A DNA stretch of 64,000 bases, from the NCBI GenBank assembly GCA_035292445.1, contig DATDQB010000017.1:55051-119050 (forward strand), written 5' to 3'. Numbering within the stretch: the stretch's first letter is position 1; each line of letters opens with the position of its first letter. Below, in pieces: positions 57,277-64,000 of the stretch. The DNA comes from Candidatus Omnitrophota bacterium (GTDB taxonomy: Bacteria; Omnitrophota; Gorgyraeia; Zapsychrales; Zapsychraceae). The notes beneath the pieces are model-generated. The model ran no database searches, was not told the origin of the DNA, and saw only the letters and a list, made by a program, of their open reading frames with translations. The position numbers and the translations under genes were made by a program.

Positions 57277-57305
57277 TTGACAACCCAAAACCGCTCATGT
57301 ATAAT
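57277..57305 (+). promoter_or_regulatory. sigma70 promoter TTGACA-N17-TATAAT for recA; the -35 is embedded in the palindrome GGGTTGACAACCC
   Basis: Perfect consensus hexamers read directly. Confidence 0.6.
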
Positions 57306-57350
57306 TCCACAAGCTCGATTTCATAACCGTATTTTAATAGGGAGGCATTT

Positions 57351-58379
57351 ATGGCTGAAGAAAAGAAAACTGTTGAACTGGACAACCGCAAGAAAGCGTT
57401 GGAATTGGCGTTAAGCCAAATCGAGAAGCAATTCGGAAAGGGCTCCATCATGAAGCTTGATGGGACGGTCAAAACCGACATCGAAACCATTCCCACAGGA
57501 TCTTTATCATTGGATCTAGCCCTTGGCGTCGGCGGTATCCCTAAGGGGCGTGTGATTGAAATCTACGGGCCGGAATCTTCCGGTAAGACCACCTTAACCT
57601 TAAGCGTTATTAAGCAAATTCAGCAGGCAGGCGGAACGGCCGCATTTATCGATGCCGAACATGCTTTTGATTCTGCCTACGCAAAGACAGTCGGCCTTAA
57701 GCTCGATGATCTATTAATTTCCCAGCCTGACACGGGTGAGCAAGCTCTTGAGATCGCTGAAACATTGGTGCGAAGCAATGCCGTTGATCTGGTCGTCATC
57801 GATTCGGTCGCCGCCTTAACTCCCCGCGCTGAAATTGAGGGTGAGATGGGCGATGCGCATATGGGTTTACAAGCCCGGCTCATGTCGCAGGCGCTAAGAA
57901 AATTGACGGCGGCTATCAGTAAGTCCAAAACCTGTGTGATCTTTATCAATCAGATCCGTATGAAGATCGGCGTCATGTTCGGTAACCCTGAAACAACGAC
58001 CGGCGGCCGGGCGCTTAAATTCTACGCCTCGGTGCGCATCGATTTAAGGCGCATCGAGTCCATCAAACAGGGGGAAGAGATCATCGGCAACCGCGTGCGC
58101 GCGAAAGTCGTCAAAAATAAAGTCGCCGCGCCGTTTCGCGAAGCCGAATTTGAGATCTATTTTAATGAAGGTATTTCCCGCGATTCGGATGTTATCGATC
58201 TGGCCGTCAAATACAATGTCATCGAGAAATCCGGCGCCTGGTTCGCGTATGAAGGGCAAAAGATCGGCCAGGGACGGGAGAACGCGCGGCTTTACTTGAA
58301 AGAAAATCCCAAGATCACCAATAAGATCGAAAAGCAAGTTCGTCAGGCCGCGACCGAAGAAAAAGCCAGCAAGAAATAA
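57351..58379 (+). CDS. recA: recombinase A
   Basis: 342 aa with Walker [10 protein letters not shown]. Confidence 0.95.
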   Translation: MAEEKKTVELDNRKKALELALSQIEKQFGKGSIMKLDGTVKTDIETIPTGSLSLDLALGVGGIPKGRVIEIYGPESSGKTTLTLSVIKQIQQAGGTAAFIDAEHAFDSAYAKTVGLKLDDLLISQPDTGEQALEIAETLVRSNAVDLVVIDSVAALTPRAEIEGEMGDAHMGLQARLMSQALRKLTAAISKSKTCVIFINQIRMKIGVMFGNPETTTGGRALKFYASVRIDLRRIESIKQGEEIIGNRVRAKVVKNKVAAPFREAEFEIYFNEGISRDSDVIDLAVKYNVIEKSGAWFAYEGQKIGQGRENARLYLKENPKITNKIEKQVRQAATEEKASKK

Positions 58380-58384
58380 TCTGT

Positions 58385-58852
58385 ATGACCAAAGACGATT
58401 CTGCCCAGCGTGCGCAGGCCAGAAACATGGTTTTTCGTCTTTTGAAATTTAGGATTCGCAGCGAAAAAGAGATCAGAAATAAGCTAAAAGCCAAGCGCCT
58501 CGCGGATAATATTATTGATGAAACAGTTTCGTATTTCAAAGAACTGGATTTGATCGATGATCGCCGGTTCGCTAAAGAATGGATCTCCTCACGCCTGCTA
58601 AAGCCTTTCGGCATCAAACGCATTCGACACGAGCTAGAAGCTAAAGGCATTGAGTGCGATACCCTGGAAGAAGAGTTGAAAAAAGCCTTCCAGGACAATC
58701 GCGAAGAGGATATTGTTTTCCAATTGGCCAAAAACCAAGCCGGAAAATATAAAGGCATCGAACCCTTAAAGGCCAAACAGCGGATCTTTGGTTATTTGTC
58801 CCGGCGGGGATTCAACACAGACGCCATTTACAAAGCGATCAAGCAGTTATGA
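58385..58852 (+). CDS. recX: recombination regulator RecX
   Basis: 155 aa triple-helical repeat protein directly after recA. Confidence 0.85.
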   Translation: MTKDDSAQRAQARNMVFRLLKFRIRSEKEIRNKLKAKRLADNIIDETVSYFKELDLIDDRRFAKEWISSRLLKPFGIKRIRHELEAKGIECDTLEEELKKAFQDNREEDIVFQLAKNQAGKYKGIEPLKAKQRIFGYLSRRGFNTDAIYKAIKQL

Positions 58853-61464
58853 TGACAACAGATGAGATAAGAAAAAAGTTCCTGGATTTCTTCGCCTCCA
58901 AGAAGCACACCATCATCGAAAGCGATTCGCTGGTCCCCAAAAATGACCCGACCGTTTTGTTCACGACCGCTGGTATGCAGCAGTTCAAGCGCCAATTCTT
59001 GGGCTATATTGACGGTGACACGCGCGCGGCAAGTTGCCAAAAATGTTTGCGCACTGATGATTTGGATAAAATCGGCCAAACCAACTTTCATCACACGTTC
59101 TTTGAAATGCTCGGCAATTTCTCATTCGGCGACTACTTCAAGAAAGAGGCCATCGAATGGGCCTGGGAATTTTTTACAAAGGTTTGTAAACTTCCGGCCG
59201 ATAAATTATGGGCTTCTGTTTATAAAGATGATAAAGAAGCCGAAGAGATCTGGAAAAAGATCAAAGGGTTCGATCCTAAAAAACTTATCAAATTAGGCGA
59301 TCACGATAATTTCTGGCCGGCCGACGCTAAAGAAAAAGGGCCCAACGGCCCCTGCGGGCCGTGCTCGGAGATCTTTTTCGATTTCGGCGTTAATAAGGAT
59401 TGTAAGAACAAAAAATGCGACCCCAGCTGTGATTGCGGCCGCTTCGCGGAAATCTGGAATCTCGTCTTTACGCAGTTCAACCGCAAAGACGGAGGCATTT
59501 TAGAACCTTTGCCGAATAAGAATATCGACACCGGCATGGGGCTGGAACGCCTGGCAGCCGTGTTGCAAGGGAAGAAGACAAATTTTGAAAATGATGTTTT
59601 CGCGCATATTATAAAATCCGCTAAAAAGCTGATCCCTAATATTTCTGAAACAGATGCCCGAATTGTTGCTGATCATATCCGCGGGATCGTGTTCGGGATC
59701 AATGACGGCGTCATGCCTTCGAACGAAGGCCCTGGATATGTCATCAAAAAACTAATCAATGATATCACTGATATCGCATTAAAATCAGGCAGCAGTAAAC
59801 CTGTCATTTATAAACTGGTGGCAGCTGTTGTGGACACGATGAAACGGCCTTACCCAGAACTTGCGAAGAAACAAAAAGAGATCGAGGAGGTCGTTCAAAC
59901 AATCGAGAAAGCGTACATCAAAGTTAGACAAGAACGCTTACCGGAATTTGAAAGAAAAGCTAAAGAGGCGAAATCGGGAGATGAACTCGGGCAACTTCGT
60001 TTTCTGTATCGTGATACTTATGGCCTTGGAGAAAACACATTAAATAATGCAACGATGGATTTGCCCTACCATCAGGAAGGGGCCATCAAATCCCAGAATT
60101 TAATGAATAAACAAAAGGAAAAATCCCGTGCAGCCAGCAAAATGACGGGCGATGTGTTCGCGGACGCGCAGCTGGATCTTCAAGTTCCCAAAACGAAATT
60201 TTTGGGTTATGACCACGCACATTCGACCAGTCAAATCTTGAAATTGTTCGTTGATAACAAATGTGTTAACGATGTAAAAAAAGGAACACGGGTTACGATC
60301 ATTTTGGACAAGTCGCCCTTTTACGCCGAATCCGGCGGACAGGTGGGAGATACGGGCGTTCTTATAAAAGATAGCTCGAGAATCAAAATTTTGGACACAC
60401 AAAAGATCGAAGACATTTATCTTCATGTGGGGGAAGTGACCGAAGGAAGCTTTGAAGTGAATGACCAAGTCGACGCTGAAATTGATATCGAACGGCGCAA
60501 ATCGATCATGAGAAACCACACGGCGACACACCTTCTTCAAGCGGCATTAAGGGATGTTTTGGGGTCTCATGTCAAACAACAGGGCTCGCTCGTTGCCGAA
60601 GACCGGCTGCGGTTTGATTTCACGCATCCTAAAGCGATCACCCAGGAAGAATTGCAACGCATCGAGGCGAAAGTGAATGAAATGATTTTGAACAATGACA
60701 CGGTGATGAAAGAATATCTGGATATAGAAGAAGCGCGCAACAGTGGCGCTTTGGCGTTCTTTGCCGAGAAATACGGGAAAACCGTGCGCGTTGTTAGTGT
60801 AGGAGACCATTCGAAGGAATTTTGTGGTGGGACGCATTTGGACGCGACGGGCCAAATCGGCCTTTTAAAAATTGTCGGTGAAAGCGCTATTGCCCAGGGG
60901 ATCCGCCGCATTGAAGCGAAAACAGGTTTAGGCGCGCTTTCTTTTGTCAGCGAAGAAGAGAAACAATTGAATGAGTTGTCTAAATTGCTAAAAGCGTCGA
61001 GAAACGAGCTGATGGCGCGCGTTGAGCAACAAACGAAACGGTTGAAGCAATTGGAAAAAGATACGCTGCAATACCGCTTTGAGGCGATCAAGCAATCCCT
61101 TGATAAGATCCTTAAAGATTCCGAAAACGTTAACGGCACGGCATTGATCAGCCATACCTTCAATGACGTTGAGATGGAAGTTTTACGCCAAGTATCGGAT
61201 CTGCTGAAACAAAAAGCAAAGTCGGCGATCATCGTGCTCGGTGCCAAAGGAGCAGACGGCGCGTCGCTACTCGTCAGCGTCAGCGATGATTTGGTCAAAA
61301 AAGGGATCAAGGCCGATGAGATCATCAAGACGATCGCGCCCTTAATAAACGGAAGCGGCGGCGGACGGGCGCAAATGGCCCAAGCCGGCAGCAAAGAAAC
61401 GGCCAACATAGAAGCGGCGTTGACACAAGCCAATAAATTGATCAAAGAAAGAATGAAACAATGA
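58849..61464 (+). CDS. alaS: alanine--tRNA ligase
   Basis: 871 aa with class-II core motifs and an editing domain HxxxH..CxxxH. Confidence 0.95.
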   Translation: MMTTDEIRKKFLDFFASKKHTIIESDSLVPKNDPTVLFTTAGMQQFKRQFLGYIDGDTRAASCQKCLRTDDLDKIGQTNFHHTFFEMLGNFSFGDYFKKEAIEWAWEFFTKVCKLPADKLWASVYKDDKEAEEIWKKIKGFDPKKLIKLGDHDNFWPADAKEKGPNGPCGPCSEIFFDFGVNKDCKNKKCDPSCDCGRFAEIWNLVFTQFNRKDGGILEPLPNKNIDTGMGLERLAAVLQGKKTNFENDVFAHIIKSAKKLIPNISETDARIVADHIRGIVFGINDGVMPSNEGPGYVIKKLINDITDIALKSGSSKPVIYKLVAAVVDTMKRPYPELAKKQKEIEEVVQTIEKAYIKVRQERLPEFERKAKEAKSGDELGQLRFLYRDTYGLGENTLNNATMDLPYHQEGAIKSQNLMNKQKEKSRAASKMTGDVFADAQLDLQVPKTKFLGYDHAHSTSQILKLFVDNKCVNDVKKGTRVTIILDKSPFYAESGGQVGDTGVLIKDSSRIKILDTQKIEDIYLHVGEVTEGSFEVNDQVDAEIDIERRKSIMRNHTATHLLQAALRDVLGSHVKQQGSLVAEDRLRFDFTHPKAITQEELQRIEAKVNEMILNNDTVMKEYLDIEEARNSGALAFFAEKYGKTVRVVSVGDHSKEFCGGTHLDATGQIGLLKIVGESAIAQGIRRIEAKTGLGALSFVSEEEKQLNELSKLLKASRNELMARVEQQTKRLKQLEKDTLQYRFEAIKQSLDKILKDSENVNGTALISHTFNDVEMEVLRQVSDLLKQKAKSAIIVLGAKGADGASLLVSVSDDLVKKGIKADEIIKTIAPLINGSGGGRAQMAQAGSKETANIEAALTQANKLIKERMKQ

Positions 61465-62681
61465 AAGTCCTATCACCCAACGGCCAAGGCCTTCAAAAAT
61501 TGTATAACCGGCATATGGCGATGCAAAAACGCTCCGTCACCGAAAAAGTGCAGGGCATCCTGGAAGACGTGCGCTTGCTCGGTGATGATGCCTTGATCAA
61601 ATACACGCGCCGCTTCGATAAAGCCAAGCTCCAAGTGAAAGAGATCCGCGTCAGCGAAGCAGAGATAAGTGGCGCTTTTCAGGGGATCACGAGCGAATTC
61701 ATCTCGAATTTAAAGATCATCCAGAACAACGTTTCGTTATTTTACAAAAAACAGATCCAAAAGCCCTGCAGGGTGCGCGATACGGACGGGGTCCTCTTAA
61801 AAGAAAATATTATTCCGCTGGAGAATGTGGGTATTTATATCCCGGCCGGGACAGCGCCTTTGATCTCGACCGTTTACATGACAGTAATTCCGGCCAAAGT
61901 CGCCGGGGTCAAACGCATCGCCATTACCACCCCGCCCAATAAAGAGGGGCATGTAAACCCGTATATTTTAGCGGTGGCGAATTTATTGAAGGTGGATGAA
62001 ATTTATAAAGTCGGCGGCGCACAAGCGATCGGTGCTCTTGCCTTTGGGACGAAAACCATCCCCAAAGTCGATAAGATCATCGGCCCAGGCAACATGTACG
62101 TGACAGAGGCCAAACGCCAGATCTTCGGCTACGTGGACATCGACATGCTGGCCGGCCCGACAGAATTGGCCATCATCGCCAACCGCACCAGCAACGTCGA
62201 TTATATCGTCGCCGATCTGGAAGCCCAATTGGAGCACGTCGGCGGGCTGGCTATCTTAGTGACGACCAGCAAAGCGCTTCTTAAACAGGTGCGCAGCCGC
62301 GTTTCCAAAGGCTACATTATTTTTGCCAAGAATATCGAAGAGGCGATCGGCATCGTCAACAATATCGCCCCCGAGCACGTGCAGATCATGACCAATAACG
62401 CATCCGCCATCGCCAACAAGATCAGAAATGCCGGAGCGATCTTCCTGGGCCCTTACAGCCCGACGGCCTTGGGCGATTATGCCGCGGGCCCAAGCCACGT
62501 GCTGCCGACATTAGGGACGGCCAAATTTTTCTCAGGGTTATGTTTGTCCGACTTTTATAAAAAGAGCCATATCATCTCGTATTCCAAACGCGCGTTGGAA
62601 AAAATGAAGAAGCCCATCGAAGCCGTTGCTTCGCTGGAGCAGTTACCAAAACACTACGAATCGGTGAACCTACGATTTTAA
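61461..62681 (+). CDS. hisD: histidinol dehydrogenase
   Basis: 406 aa with conserved ..GPGNMYV.. and zinc ligands. Confidence 0.85.
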   Translation: MKVLSPNGQGLQKLYNRHMAMQKRSVTEKVQGILEDVRLLGDDALIKYTRRFDKAKLQVKEIRVSEAEISGAFQGITSEFISNLKIIQNNVSLFYKKQIQKPCRVRDTDGVLLKENIIPLENVGIYIPAGTAPLISTVYMTVIPAKVAGVKRIAITTPPNKEGHVNPYILAVANLLKVDEIYKVGGAQAIGALAFGTKTIPKVDKIIGPGNMYVTEAKRQIFGYVDIDMLAGPTELAIIANRTSNVDYIVADLEAQLEHVGGLAILVTTSKALLKQVRSRVSKGYIIFAKNIEEAIGIVNNIAPEHVQIMTNNASAIANKIRNAGAIFLGPYSPTALGDYAAGPSHVLPTLGTAKFFSGLCLSDFYKKSHIISYSKRALEKMKKPIEAVASLEQLPKHYESVNLRF

Positions 62682-62695
62682 GGAAAGGAACCTGT

Positions 62696-63307
62696 ATGGG
62701 ACGCACCGCCACATTTGAACGAAAAAGCAAAGAGACCGAAATAAAAGCCAAAGTCAACATTGACGGCAAAGGGATCGGCAACAAAATCAAGACCAACATC
62801 GGCATTCTTGATCACATGCTGGAGCTTTTTGCCTTTCACGGGCTGTTTGATATCGAGCTGGAAGTCAAGAAGGCGGATCTGCAGATAGACATTCACCACA
62901 CCAATGAAGACATTGGGATTGTCCTGGGGAAAGCGTTCAAACAGGCCCTTGGGAAGATGGCCGGCATTAAACGTTTCGGGAGCGGTTTCTCCCCGATGGA
63001 ATCCACGTTAGGCAGGACGGTCATTGACTTAAGCGGCCGGGGTTATTTGACCCTCCAGGTCACGGACCCGGCGCCGCACATCAAGGACCAGGAAGGGTAT
63101 TCCATGTCCTATTTGGAACATTTTCTTGAATCTTTTGCGCACAATCTCGGTGCCACCATTCACATTACCATTGAAAACGCCAGTGAAGACCTCCACACGA
63201 CCATCGAAACGGTCTTTAAATCCTTAGGACTAGCCCTTGATGAAGCGACACAGATCGACCCAAGGCGAAAAGGTGTGGTCCCTTCGACAAAAGGTATAAT
63301 CGATTAA
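62696..63307 (+). CDS. hisB: imidazoleglycerol-phosphate dehydratase
   Basis: ..DHMLE..FAFHG.. motifs. Confidence 0.9.
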   Translation: MGRTATFERKSKETEIKAKVNIDGKGIGNKIKTNIGILDHMLELFAFHGLFDIELEVKKADLQIDIHHTNEDIGIVLGKAFKQALGKMAGIKRFGSGFSPMESTLGRTVIDLSGRGYLTLQVTDPAPHIKDQEGYSMSYLEHFLESFAHNLGATIHITIENASEDLHTTIETVFKSLGLALDEATQIDPRRKGVVPSTKGIID

Positions 63308-63319
63308 TCCCTAACGACA

Positions 63320-63925
63320 ATGATCGCGATTATTGATTACGGCATGGGCAATTTAAGAAGTGTTCAGAAAGCTTTGGAGGCATCCGGTGCGAAAGCGGCC
63401 GTGACCCAAAGCAAAGACGATATCCTGCAAGCTTCAAAAGTGGTCCTGCCCGGCGTGGGAGCGATGAAGCCGGCCATGGAAAGGCTCACCGAACTCGGAT
63501 TGATCGATGTGATTAAAAGGACGATCGAGCAACGAAAGCCTTTTTTAGGGATCTGTCTAGGCCTGCAGCTGCTGATGGAAAAAAGCAGCGAAGGCGGCTC
63601 CACCCCTGGCCTGGGGATATTTAAAGGCGACGTGCGGCAATTTACCGGCCTTAAGGTGCCGCAGATCGGCTGGAATCAGCTGAAGATGAAAGGGAAAAAT
63701 TGCCCCTTATTCAAAGGCATCGATTCAGGCTCGAATGTTTATTTCTGCCACTCCTATTACGTGAACCCTAAAGACAAGAATGATATTGCGGCCGCGACCG
63801 ATTACGGCGTCGAATACGCATCAAGCCTATGGCGGGAGAATGTCTTCGGCGTGCAGTTCCACCCGGAAAAAAGCCAAACGATCGGATTGAAGATCCTCAA
63901 GAACTTCACGGAGCTTAAACCATGA
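63320..63925 (+). CDS. hisH: imidazole glycerol phosphate synthase, glutamine amidotransferase subunit
   Basis: Class-I GATase with ..GICLGLQ.. Confidence 0.9.
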   Translation: MIAIIDYGMGNLRSVQKALEASGAKAAVTQSKDDILQASKVVLPGVGAMKPAMERLTELGLIDVIKRTIEQRKPFLGICLGLQLLMEKSSEGGSTPGLGIFKGDVRQFTGLKVPQIGWNQLKMKGKNCPLFKGIDSGSNVYFCHSYYVNPKDKNDIAAATDYGVEYASSLWRENVFGVQFHPEKSQTIGLKILKNFTELKP

Positions 63926-64000
63926 ACGTCATCCCGGCTATCGATATCAAAGACGGCAAAGTGGTCCGCTTGGCCCAGGGAAAATTCAACAAGGTCACGA
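63922..64000 (+). CDS. hisA: 1-(5-phosphoribosyl)-5-[(5-phosphoribosylamino)methylideneamino]imidazole-4-carboxamide isomerase, 5' fragment
   Basis: MNVIPAIDIKDGKVVRL..; runs off the window end. Confidence 0.75.
   Translation, partial: MNVIPAIDIKDGKVVRLAQGKFNKVT

Noticed and set aside
1-64000. tRNA / rRNA genes and prophage or IS elements
   Set aside because: No cloverleaf-compatible 70-90-nt segments were found in the few intergenic gaps. No integrase, transposase or phage structural genes, and no abrupt compositional shift.

Overview
This is a 64-kb bacterial chromosomal window of roughly 48-50% GC, densely coding and mostly core metabolism arranged in long co-directional operons. Read left to right it contains:
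- a very large hypothetical protein (1214 aa, possibly 5'-truncated by the window edge);
- murB, then a moaE-moeB-rhodanese triple fusion and a 2Fe-2S ferredoxin;
- ispH / ispG (divergent), an entericidin-like micro-lipoprotein, bcp, a VOC protein, a HisJ-family PHP phosphatase, and a TMTC/PMT-like GT-C membrane glycosyltransferase with TPR repeats;
- a FolM-like pteridine reductase with folB and a short folK paralog;
- fabG-acpP-fabF, a leuB-like dehydrogenase, asd, truA, rplM-rpsI;
- a 15-gene tightly coupled operon argCJBDFGH-lysA-dapF-dapA-dapB-dapL-folK-panC-nadX;
- a small lysine-rich tandem-repeat protein, uvrA;
- a Tol-like module (large periplasmic TPR protein, tolQ/exbB, tolR/exbD, a TonB/TolA N-domain-only protein) placed directly upstream of a complete type IV pilus locus (pilX-like, HTH regulator, pilM-pilN fusion, pilO, pilP, pilQ, pilB, pilC, four tandem pilin genes, pilV/pilW-like minor pilins);
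- rsmE, a second TMTC-like GT-C/TPR paralog, recA-recX, alaS and hisDBH(A).
The most notable non-coding signals are:
- a cyclic-di-GMP-I (GEMM) riboswitch with a terminator expression platform directly upstream of the first pilin gene;
- a family of at least 10 heptad-periodic palindromic elements at gene 3' ends, one of which is embedded in-frame as the inter-domain linker of the moaE-moeB fusion;
- heptanucleotide tandem repeats inside the giant ORF;
- two promoters that appear to give leaderless transcripts;
- nested palindromes upstream of recA.
No rRNA, tRNA, CRISPR array or obvious transposase was found.
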